In this document: positions 26,361-33,761 of the stretch, piece by piece
Numbering within the stretch: the stretch's first letter is position 1
Layout: each line of letters begins with the position of its first letter
From: an uncultured Dehalococcoidia bacterium
GTDB taxonomy: Bacteria; Chloroflexota; Dehalococcoidia; Lucifugimonadales; UBA826
Assembly (NCBI GenBank): GCA_964462705.1
Contig: CAYWYV010000005.1
Coordinates: forward strand, 1 to 33,761
Direction of reading: 5' to 3'
DNA: 33,761 nucleotides
Notes under the pieces: generated by a model
Told to the model about the DNA's origin: nothing
What the model saw: the letters and a program-made list of their open reading frames with translations, nothing else
The model's database searches: none
Translations under genes and position numbers: made by a program

Positions 26361-27263
26361 ATGTCTAATAGAAATAGAATAGCTTTCATTCATAATTCGC
26401 GAATGCCCGAAACTAAAGAAAAGGCACAAGAGTTCATAGATGGACTTGGCCTGAAGGATAGGGCATGGATCTCCTCTGCTGGAAATCTGCAGAATAATAC
26501 ATGCGAGCTTGAAGACACATCCTTAGTGATAGTGGTTGGTGGTGATGGAACCATTCTCAGAGCTGTGAGAGCTATAAGCCCTTTCAATGTACCCGTCGTT
26601 GGGGTCAAGATGGGGAAGGTAGGATTCATGGCTGAACTAAGTCCCGAAGAGGCCATTTCCCAATTGCCCGAATTTATATCCTATATATCCAACGATGAAC
26701 AATCTGAAAATGTCATCAGGGTAGAGGAACGAATGATGATCGAAGCCAACGTTATGCCTGCTTCAGGTACCCAACCTCGTATCGCAATACACGCATTAAA
26801 CGATATCACCGTTGGTACTAGCAAGGCAGCTAGACTTGTGGAGCTTAAAGCATCGGTAAACCAAGTTCACCTTACAAATTACAGAGCAGACGCGGTAATA
26901 ATATCTACCGCTACAGGAAGTACAGGTTATGCCCTATCTGCTGGTGGACCTATAGTTTTCCCAGAGGCCAAAATGATGATACTACAGCCAGTGGCAGCCC
27001 ATACTGGACTCAGGGACGGGCTTATTCTAGCCCCAGATTCATTAATTGAGCTCGAGGCTTCCGATGGCTACCAAGCATCTATCAGCGCAGATGGATTTGT
27101 GGACTCAGTACTTGAGTCGGGTGAAAAAGTTATAATCCGCCGAAGCCCTCACACTGCAAAATTTCTCAGAGCACACCAACCAGACTTCTTTTACACTGCC
27201 TTAAACATGAGGCTAGGTTTGGCCTATAGGTCACAGAGACCACCTGAAGATCCCACAACCTGA
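26361..27263 (+). CDS. nadK: NAD(+) kinase
   Basis: VVVGGDGTILRA (GGDG), NDITV, ISTATGSTGYALSAGGPIVFP. Confidence 0.9.
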   Translation: MSNRNRIAFIHNSRMPETKEKAQEFIDGLGLKDRAWISSAGNLQNNTCELEDTSLVIVVGGDGTILRAVRAISPFNVPVVGVKMGKVGFMAELSPEEAISQLPEFISYISNDEQSENVIRVEERMMIEANVMPASGTQPRIAIHALNDITVGTSKAARLVELKASVNQVHLTNYRADAVIISTATGSTGYALSAGGPIVFPEAKMMILQPVAAHTGLRDGLILAPDSLIELEASDGYQASISADGFVDSVLESGEKVIIRRSPHTAKFLRAHQPDFFYTALNMRLGLAYRSQRPPEDPTT

Positions 27264-27285
27264 CAGATCGCGAATGTGAGCACGA

Positions 27286-27822
27286 ATGCAACCAATAGAA
27301 CAAGATCGAACAATTAAATCCGAAACCAAATACGAAGGCAAAATTATTAACGTCAGGGAAGACACTATCTTGTTAGATAGTGGAGGTCAGGCCCAACGAG
27401 AAGTAGCTGAGCATCGACCTGCTGTAGCAATTCTGCCCATTGATCAAGAAAATAATGCCCTGCTCGTGAGGCAATACAGACACCCTACGAAGCAGATGAT
27501 TCTTGAGGTTCCAGCGGGATTGGTAGAGTTGGGAGAGGAACCAGATGATAGTGCCATGCGAGAGCTCCGAGAGGAGACTGGATATTCCTCTCGGAACCTA
27601 AGACTACTTGGTGGCCTTTGGTCAAGCCCGGGATTCACCGACGAGTACCTTTATTGTTACATAGCCAAAGACCTTGTTGAAAACAGGTTGCAACCGGATG
27701 AGGATGAGGAAATAACGGTGGAAAGAATTCCATTATCTAGAGTAAATCAGTTAATAAGACTTGGAGAAATTCAAGATGCAAAGACAGTGGCAATCATTTT
27801 GATGGCCACAAACATCTTCTAA
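27286..27822 (+). CDS. Nudix hydrolase, ADP-ribose pyrophosphatase-like
   Basis: Nudix box GLVELGEEPDDSAMRELREETGY. The N-terminal KYEGKIINVREDTILLDSG is typical of the NudF-type beta-domain. Confidence 0.85.
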   Translation: MQPIEQDRTIKSETKYEGKIINVREDTILLDSGGQAQREVAEHRPAVAILPIDQENNALLVRQYRHPTKQMILEVPAGLVELGEEPDDSAMRELREETGYSSRNLRLLGGLWSSPGFTDEYLYCYIAKDLVENRLQPDEDEEITVERIPLSRVNQLIRLGEIQDAKTVAIILMATNIF

Positions 27823-27850
27823 TTTCAAAAAAATTGGGAAGGATCATATT

Positions 27851-29209
27851 ATGGCCTCTTTAGAACAAATGTTGAGTCAGCTAGATGCACTTGAGGAAGA
27901 ACTCGTAATACTGGAACAAGAACTTGTCCGTATCCCCTCTGTAAATACGGGCACTATGCCTACCGGAAATGAAACACCTGTCTGTGATTTCATTAAGAAC
28001 TGGTTTTTAAATGATGGCATCGAATCAGACATCTTGTTCAGAGATCCTAACAGAGGCTACATAATCTCCTAGCTCGAAGGAACCAGCGGAAAAACTGGCT
28101 TGATTTTTATGTCTCATACCGATGTCGTTCCCGTCGAGGATGAAAGTAAATGGACCTACCCACCTTTTAGCGCTGAAATACACGATGGGCGTATTTATGG
28201 ACGCGGTGCCTCAGATTGCAAGGGATTACTTACAGCTCAGATGATGGCAATGAGGGTTTTAAAGAATAACAACGTAAGGCTCAAAGATAGTTTGGTACTA
28301 ATTTCAGGAGCCGACGAGGAACATGGTGGACGATACGGGTTTGGCTGGCTGGCTGAAAACCATCCTGAAGTGCTGGATGCTCCGTTTGCGGTAAACGAAG
28401 GAGGTGGAACTCCTATCGAGGCTGCTGGGTCCTTAACATACGTACTCGGTGTTGGAGAAAAAGGTAGATTACAGGTGGAAATAGATATCAAGGGAACGAG
28501 CTCCCATGCCTCAGTTCCGTGGCAAGGCAACAACGCCTTGTATCGACTTCAAAAACTTTTGCAGAGACTGGAAGAATACGAGCCAGAAAGAGATACGAGT
28601 ACTAGTTTATTTGAGCATCTCTCTACATTTGCTATAGAGCACAAACCTTCAGCTGAAAATGTCGACGAAATTATCCTTGAACAAGAAAAACGGAACCCAC
28701 GCTTTGCATCAATGCTTAAAGCACTGTCTAGAATGACAATAACTCCTACCATGATTAACGGTGGTATCAAATCCAACAGTGTACCCGAGGACATTCACCT
28801 CACATGTGATGTACGAACATTACCAAATCAAAGCGAAGATTATCTGAGGCAAGAGTTGGATAAGCTAATTGAGGGTATACCTGGAATCGAATATGAAATC
28901 GACTATATGGCTGAACCAAACTCATCGGAATTTGAAACTGAACTTATGGCAAGTCTAAAGATGGCCACTCAAAAGGCGTTAGACAGAGATGATATTCAAT
29001 TCGTACCAGCTATTAGTACAGGGTTTACAGATTCAAGATTCACACGCCCGCTTGGGGTTACAACATATGGCTTTTCTGGATCACATCCAGAGGATGATCC
29101 AATGCTGAGTAGAGCTCATGGAACCGATGAATCAATAGGTATTAAAAGCCTGGTCAGCGGAGCAAAAGTTATGCTGCATCTAGCTTATGATCTTTTGGCA
29201 GCTAAATAA
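27851..29209 (+). pseudogene. M20-family metallopeptidase/deacylase (ArgE/DapE/CPG2-like) interrupted by a single in-frame TAG at 28070-28072
   Basis: Track ORFs 27851..28072 and 28100..29209 are in the same frame. Read-through gives ..[69 protein letters not shown]..NEGG, a continuous M20 domain with the metal-ligand motifs intact. Confidence 0.75.
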
Positions 29210-29213
29210 AAAA

Positions 29214-30347
29214 TTATACGGAAAAACATTCTCCCCTTTCAGCCACCATATTGCTGTTCAGTACTGCTCCTAGACCAGGACCTTTGGGCAAATAGATGTT
29301 TCCATCCCTGATAACCTCAGCAGGTTCTATAAGCTCAGACCTCCAGTCTGATTCAGACACAGCATGCTCTAAAGCCATCGAACATTCAACTGCGGCAGTC
29401 GAGTGAGCCGATGCCAGTAAAGAAACAGGTCCTGACGGACTGTGCAATGAAACTCCCGCTCCCTTAGAGATTGCTGAGCGACCGATTCTAACGCTTTCCG
29501 AAACTCCTCCACAGTATTTTATATCCGGCATTACTATCTCCAAAGAACCACTAGACAAAAGTGCATCAAAAAAAGGTTCCCCATATCCTGATTCTCCACC
29601 AGCAACCGGCATTGATACTTTTTTTATTACATCAGAAAGTGACCTGGAATGATCATTAGGTGAAAGAGGTTCCTCAAACCAACCAATTGGGACAGACTCA
29701 AGTTTTTCAGCAACTTGACTAGCAGTCTCAGGAGTAAACCTACTATGGCAATCTATCAATACCGTTATGGGCTCCCCAACAGCCCTACGAATAGACTTAA
29801 CTCTTTCAATGCCCATTCCCGCTGATTTCATTATCCCCTCTGAAGAATCACTTGGACTCACTTCATCAAACGGAGCACACTTAATAATAGAAAACCCCCT
29901 CCTAACAGCATCTTCCGCTGCTGCTGCAAAGTCGTGTGGTGCTCTATCTGTGGAAAATAATCCTCGATTGATATTTGCATAAACTGGGACTTTCTCAATT
30001 TTCCCCCCGCCAAACATCTCGTTCAAAGATATATCTTCCTCCATAGCTGCAAGCTGAGTAATAGCCGTTCGAACAGCACTTATAGCGGCTGATTCCACTG
30101 ACCTTCCATCCATGATATGGTCAATATTGAGAATGGATTCAACATCTGACTCATCTTCAATTAGTTGTTCTGACAGGTAAGCGACTATCTGATGTATTAA
30201 TTTTGCTACCTCTCCCGACGAAGATCCTTTTGTAAACTCAACAACAGTTTCTAGTCCGTTCGAATTCACTACCTTGGCAAAATACCACGCTGTCTTCGGG
30301 GTAACACTTACTTTTACAAACCTAGCTTGGTTAATTTGAATACTCAT
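29214..30347 (-). CDS. enolase-superfamily enzyme (mandelate racemase / muconate lactonizing enzyme family)
   Basis: Capping domain (TPKTAWYFAKVVNSNGLETVVEFT). Barrel motifs VLIDCHSRF, WFEEPLSP, AGGESGYG, VMPDIKYCGG and VSLHSPSGP. ATG at 30347, or TTG at 30350; either lies within a few nt of the upstream LLM stop. Confidence 0.8.
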   Translation of the reverse strand: MSIQINQARFVKVSVTPKTAWYFAKVVNSNGLETVVEFTKGSSSGEVAKLIHQIVAYLSEQLIEDESDVESILNIDHIMDGRSVESAAISAVRTAITQLAAMEEDISLNEMFGGGKIEKVPVYANINRGLFSTDRAPHDFAAAAEDAVRRGFSIIKCAPFDEVSPSDSSEGIMKSAGMGIERVKSIRRAVGEPITVLIDCHSRFTPETASQVAEKLESVPIGWFEEPLSPNDHSRSLSDVIKKVSMPVAGGESGYGEPFFDALLSSGSLEIVMPDIKYCGGVSESVRIGRSAISKGAGVSLHSPSGPVSLLASAHSTAAVECSMALEHAVSESDWRSELIEPAEVIRDGNIYLPKGPGLGAVLNSNMVAERGECFSV

Positions 30348-30353
30348 CAAAAT

Positions 30354-31325
30354 TTAGGAATTCATTTTTTTATAGTAGTCAGACACAAATCTCATACTGC
30401 GGGAAATTGATGCGTGTTTTCCTGGGTCAGAAACTACTGAGACTAGAATTTCACTAGCCCCAGTTGCAAACAAAAAATCCAACTGCTGTGAGGCTTGGTG
30501 CTCCGTCCCACAAACTAAGATTGACTCGATCATCTCATCCGTCCACCCTGACTTAGCAGAATTCAAGAATCCTGCTCTCGCAAACATATTTGAATAAAAC
30601 GGAATAGCTGGAAAGTACCCTAGTCTAGATTGAACTCCTCTCTTTCCCTCACTCATATCATCGGTCACACATAGCGCAACATGCAAAATCAGAGGAGGAG
30701 TAGGCCTCTCCGCTGCATCGGAACTCTCTTGAAGAATCGTTAATGCTTCACCTGTCGCATAAAAATGTGGAGTCGCCCAAGTGATGGCACCATCCGAAAA
30801 TTTTCCCGCCATTTCATAGGACTTCGGCCCCAGCGCTGAAGACATCACAGGTACGTCATCAGAAATCCCAGGAAGTTCTGAATAAGCAGTGTAACAACGA
30901 CCCTGAAAGGAAACGCTACCATTGTGAAGGAGAGATCTCACAATATGCATATATTCCCTTATATGAGTCATGGGGCTGTGAAACTTTACTCCAAAAGTGC
31001 GTTCAACCGTACTATTAATGCCACTCCCAACTCCTAAACGGAACCTTCCCGGGGCGATGGACGAAATCGTAGAAACTTGTTCGGCCGTTGTCACAGGATG
31101 GCGCGACCATATCCTCATTATTGAAGTCCCGAGTAAAATCTCACTTGTTCTAGCTGCAGCAGCCGCCAACACAGACAAAGAATCTCCCGACCCTCCTCCA
31201 GAGGTCAGCCAAACCGCTGGAATACCCTCTTGTTCTGCTTCTACTATCGTATCCACTACATACTTGGAGCTAGGTCCAGATATCGCAACTCCTACTATGT
31301 TTTTTGGAAGTTTCTCATCCTTCAT
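30354..31325 (-). CDS. LLM-class (luciferase-like) flavin/F420-dependent oxidoreductase
   Basis: IVEAEQEGIPAVWLT, TSEILLGTSIMRIWSRHPVTTAEQVSTISSIAPGRFRLGVGSG, SSALGPKSYEMAGKFSDGAITWATP. Confidence 0.8.
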   Translation of the reverse strand: MKDEKLPKNIVGVAISGPSSKYVVDTIVEAEQEGIPAVWLTSGGGSGDSLSVLAAAAARTSEILLGTSIMRIWSRHPVTTAEQVSTISSIAPGRFRLGVGSGINSTVERTFGVKFHSPMTHIREYMHIVRSLLHNGSVSFQGRCYTAYSELPGISDDVPVMSSALGPKSYEMAGKFSDGAITWATPHFYATGEALTILQESSDAAERPTPPLILHVALCVTDDMSEGKRGVQSRLGYFPAIPFYSNMFARAGFLNSAKSGWTDEMIESILVCGTEHQASQQLDFLFATGASEILVSVVSDPGKHASISRSMRFVSDYYKKMNS

Positions 31326-31521
31326 TTAGGAACCTACCATGTAAATATGGCGAAATATAGAAGAAGAAAATCTTGTGTTAGAAAAGCTCATATGAAAATT
31401 ATTATCCTCCTACCCTATTTTATACAACTATTCATGTTTAAAATCATAATCAAAACTCATTTGTATAAATTAAATAAGTCTAAGTAAAAACCACAAGATA
31501 GACATATTTAGAAAACTGTTA

Positions 31522-31550
31522 TTGGCATATGTAGGGCAAAATGATACACT
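31522..31550 (+). promoter_or_regulatory. candidate sigma70-type promoter for the PAC2 gene (TTGGCA-N17-TACACT with TGA extended -10)
   Basis: TTGGCA at 31522-31527 and TGA-TACACT at 31542-31550. A GGAG RBS at 31572-31575 lies 6 nt before the ATG at 31582. Confidence 0.35.
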
Positions 31551-31581
31551 CAATCGAAATTAGGACTGCATGGAGCTATGA

Positions 31582-32466
31582 ATGAACGGCTTGATCGTCC
31601 ACGACATCCCAGAAGTTAAGCATTCGACTATGATATTGGCCTTCGCAGGCTGGCCTGACGCGGCAGAGGCTGCCACACGGGCTATCAGGTATATGGCAAG
31701 AAAATTGCCCACCAAAAAAATTATGGAAATCGATCCAGAATTCTACTATGACTTCACAGTAAATAGACCCCAAACCAGGGTGAACCGCCGGAAAGAAAGA
31801 ATAATAAAATGGCCAACTAATGAGTTCTATAGTTACATACCGCAAGACGACCCCCAAAACGGCGTCTTATTGTACGTAGGAACAGAGCCAAACCTGAAAT
31901 GGAAAACATTTTCTAACACTGTCTTGGATGCAGCCAGTAAAGTTGGCGTGGAATTAGTTGTGTCCTTGGGATCCCTTTTAGATGCAGTTCCTCATACCCG
32001 TGAAGTCAGAATAACAGGCCGCGCCAGCAATAAAGAACTCAGTAAGAAAGCTCAATGGCTCGGCATAAAAAACTCCGGTTACCAAGGTCCTACAGGCATA
32101 CACTCCGCTTTTGCGGACGAATGTAACAACCGAGAAATCCCTCACGCTAACATATGGTGTCACTGTCCCCACTACGTACAAACAACCCCTAATCCAGTAG
32201 CAAGCTATGCTCTTCTTGAAAGACTTAAGAATTTAGTAGATCTTAACCTCGATATGAGCGAACTCGGCTTAGCAGGGCAGGCTTTTCAAGAAGAAGTAAC
32301 AAAGGCTATATCTAATCAACCAGATGTCAAATCGTATGTAACTAAGTTAGAAAATCAATATGATGAGTCTGTGGGCGAGCCAGAGGATATGCCAACTGGT
32401 ACCGATATGGTGCACGAAATTGAAGCATTTTTACGCAGCCAGAGTAGTGGCCCAGAAGGTTCATAG
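31582..32466 (+). CDS. PAC2 (proteasome assembly chaperone 2-like) family protein
   Basis: MILAFAGWPDAAEAATRAIRYM, IDPEFYYDFTVNRPQ, LLYVGTEPNLKWKTF, LGSLLDAVPHTRE, YQGPTGIHSAF, CPHYVQTTPNPVASYALLERL. This is the pattern of bacterial PAC2 proteins. Confidence 0.8.
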   Translation: MNGLIVHDIPEVKHSTMILAFAGWPDAAEAATRAIRYMARKLPTKKIMEIDPEFYYDFTVNRPQTRVNRRKERIIKWPTNEFYSYIPQDDPQNGVLLYVGTEPNLKWKTFSNTVLDAASKVGVELVVSLGSLLDAVPHTREVRITGRASNKELSKKAQWLGIKNSGYQGPTGIHSAFADECNNREIPHANIWCHCPHYVQTTPNPVASYALLERLKNLVDLNLDMSELGLAGQAFQEEVTKAISNQPDVKSYVTKLENQYDESVGEPEDMPTGTDMVHEIEAFLRSQSSGPEGS

Positions 32467-32532
32467 ACTTACGGACTAATAAAATACAGATACAGCCAAA
32501 AGCAAGACTTTAAATTTAAAGGTTCAAAACGG

Positions 32533-32889
32533 TTGTTAAAGTTGTCAGACTTAGACATTAATCCTTCATACTACAAAGACCTGTTTGCTCAATGGACCTC
32601 GGCCCATACCTCTCTCCCTGAATTCCCAAAAGATCAAAAGGAACGACTGGTAGCACTTCATTTTGTCATGATGGCCTTCAAAGAAGGAGTTGACTACAGC
32701 GAGGAAGATTTACATCAAGGTATCAAGGACAGAAACCTGTTCGCGACTGACCACATTCAGATCAGATTAAATTTGATAATCAATGGATTTCTCACGCAAA
32801 TAAAAGACAGCCCGACCGCCTCCTATAGACCTTCACGCCTCTTCTTAGATAAAGCAAATTGGGACCCCACCATCCCTGGAATTTCTTAA
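32533..32889 (+). CDS. hypothetical protein, DUF2087-like
   Basis: TTG start. PKDQKERLVALHFVMMAFKEGVDYSEEDLHQGIKDRNLFATDHIQIRLNLIINGFLTQ resembles my recollection of the DUF2087 consensus (k.r..vL..la..F..g..Yse.Evn..l......D...lRR.Lvd.g.L.r). Confidence 0.4.
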   Translation: MLKLSDLDINPSYYKDLFAQWTSAHTSLPEFPKDQKERLVALHFVMMAFKEGVDYSEEDLHQGIKDRNLFATDHIQIRLNLIINGFLTQIKDSPTASYRPSRLFLDKANWDPTIPGIS

Positions 32890-32893
32890 GACA

Positions 32894-33761
32894 TTGCCAA
32901 ACAATAACTATCCGCTAGAACACAAAGTCAACATAGGCAACCTAGAACTAAGCTACCGTCACTGGGCGCCAGAAGGTAGGCAAATACTACTGCTTCATGG
33001 CCTAGCCTCCAACGCAAGGATCTGGGATCTCTTGGCTCCAATTTTGGCAAAACACTTCTCCGTCATTTCTGTGGACCAAAGAGGCCATGGAAAATCTGAT
33101 AAGCCTGACGATGGTTATGATTTTGATACCGTGACAAATGACATAGTAGGCCTTATAGATGCCCTAAAGATTAAGCACCCTATTGTCGTGGGGCATTCCT
33201 GGGGAGGTAGTGTTGCACTATGCCTCGCTGCAAAACGCCCAGACCTCATCTCCGGACTCTGTTTCGTAGACGGAGGACTAATAGAAATTTCAAGAACCCC
33301 AGGTAACAGTTTAGAAAAAGCCCTGGTCGCTATGGCACCGCCTCTATGGGAGGGAGTATCCGTTTCGGATGTAAAAGACCGGCTACAGAGGCGAGACTGG
33401 GGGGAGCAGGACGAAACTTCAACATCAGCAAATCTTGAGGAAATCGTCATGGCCAACTTAAGGGCTCATCCTGACGGAAGCATAAGTGCAAGACTCTCTA
33501 GGAAGAACCATCTGGAAGTCGTAAAGGCCTTTTGGAATCACAAACCCTCAGAACTATTTGAACACGTCAAATGCCCAACATTGATCCTGTCAGCCCGAAT
33601 GGGTTCAGAAGAAACACCTCGACAAGTTCTAAAAAATGAACTCATAAATGAAGCCACACAAAAAATACCCATTAATAAATCCATATGGTTGGAAAACAGC
33701 ATCCACGACGTACCAATCCAAAGACCGGAATTACTCGCGTCAATCCTGACGAATCATATTG
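32894..33761 (+). CDS. alpha/beta-fold hydrolase; the 3' end runs off the window
   Basis: Not in the ORF track because it has no stop in the window. My translation from TTG 32894 gives MPNNNYPLEHKVNIGNLELSYRHWAPEGRQILLLHGLASNARIWDLLAPILAKHFSVISVDQRGHGKSDKP..PIVVGHSWGGSVAL..CPTLILSARMG..ENSIHDVPIQRPELL. It shows the HG oxyanion motif, the GHSWGG nucleophile elbow and the catalytic His. Track ORF 33115..33456 (-) is its antisense shadow. Confidence 0.85.
   Translation, partial: MPNNNYPLEHKVNIGNLELSYRHWAPEGRQILLLHGLASNARIWDLLAPILAKHFSVISVDQRGHGKSDKPDDGYDFDTVTNDIVGLIDALKIKHPIVVGHSWGGSVALCLAAKRPDLISGLCFVDGGLIEISRTPGNSLEKALVAMAPPLWEGVSVSDVKDRLQRRDWGEQDETSTSANLEEIVMANLRAHPDGSISARLSRKNHLEVVKAFWNHKPSELFEHVKCPTLILSARMGSEETPRQVLKNELINEATQKIPINKSIWLENSIHDVPIQRPELLASILTNHI

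Noticed and set aside
28070-28072. The in-frame TAG in the M20 peptidase as programmed recoding (pyrrolysine or genome-wide stop reassignment)
   Set aside because: TAG is used as a genuine terminator by several well-delimited genes in this window, including the SBP, nuoH, nuoL, nuoM and the 64-aa ORF. No pyl genes or recoding signals are visible here. Nonsense mutation or sequence error is more parsimonious.
31230-31487. Track ORF of 85 aa (+), and its internal 47-codon version starting at 31347
   Set aside because: The 5' part overlaps the well-supported LLM gene start on the other strand. The remainder is AT-rich with an Ile/Lys/Phe-biased composition, as expected from random AT-rich DNA. 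The only SD-like element is about 14 nt away. It is kept only as a low-priority note in the intergenic finding.
33115-33456. Track ORF of 113 aa on the - strand near the right edge
   Set aside because: It lies antisense to a continuous open frame on the + strand encoding an alpha/beta hydrolase with HG, GHSWGG and catalytic His motifs. It is a shadow ORF.
1-33761. A mobile element, prophage, defence island, toxin-antitoxin pair, CRISPR-Cas system or secondary-metabolite cluster somewhere in the window
   Set aside because: No integrase, transposase, recombinase, nuclease/helicase defence-type, phage structural, PKS/NRPS or RiPP-precursor-like ORFs were seen in any frame. No terminal inverted repeats or tRNA attachment sites were seen. 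Composition looks uniform apart from short AT-rich spacers.

Overview
Dense, AT-rich, streamlined bacterial chromosome segment. I saw no rRNA, tRNA, CRISPR array, transposase, integrase or recognisable defence gene.

Content, left to right:
- A gamma-carbonic-anhydrase-like gene cut by the window edge (missing from the ORF track).
- A TPR lipoprotein.
- A three-gene Na+-translocating biotin-decarboxylase membrane module (small gamma/delta-like subunit, beta subunit, free biotin carrier) with no carboxyltransferase.
- A Yip1-like membrane protein, a TatD hydrolase and an orphan family-5 solute-binding lipoprotein.
- A seven-gene SUF Fe-S operon on the minus strand: sufB-sufC-sufD-sufU-rrf2-sufS-sufU.
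- YjbQ, a phosphorylase-superfamily protein and a polyprenyl synthetase.
- An 11-subunit nuo operon (nuoABCDHIJKLMN, no nuoEFG) with an extra 64-aa ORF between nuoK and nuoL.
- NAD kinase, a Nudix hydrolase and an M20 peptidase interrupted by one in-frame TAG.
- A translationally adjacent LLM (luciferase-like) oxidoreductase and enolase-superfamily pair.
- A PAC2-family protein, a DUF2087-like protein and an alpha/beta hydrolase running off the right edge (also missing from the ORF track).

The gene content fits a marine Chloroflexota (SAR202-like) genome: EFG-less complex I, SufU-type SUF, LLM plus enolase paralogs and PAC2. This placement is inference only.

Most of the window is housekeeping. 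The candidates I rank highest for new biology are:
1. The small PII/DUF2007-like ORF inside the complex I operon.
2. The decarboxylase pump module lacking a carboxyltransferase.
3. The SUF operon with two diverged SufU genes and an embedded Rrf2 regulator.
4. The LLM-enolase pair.

All family assignments come from reading motifs by eye. No searches were run.
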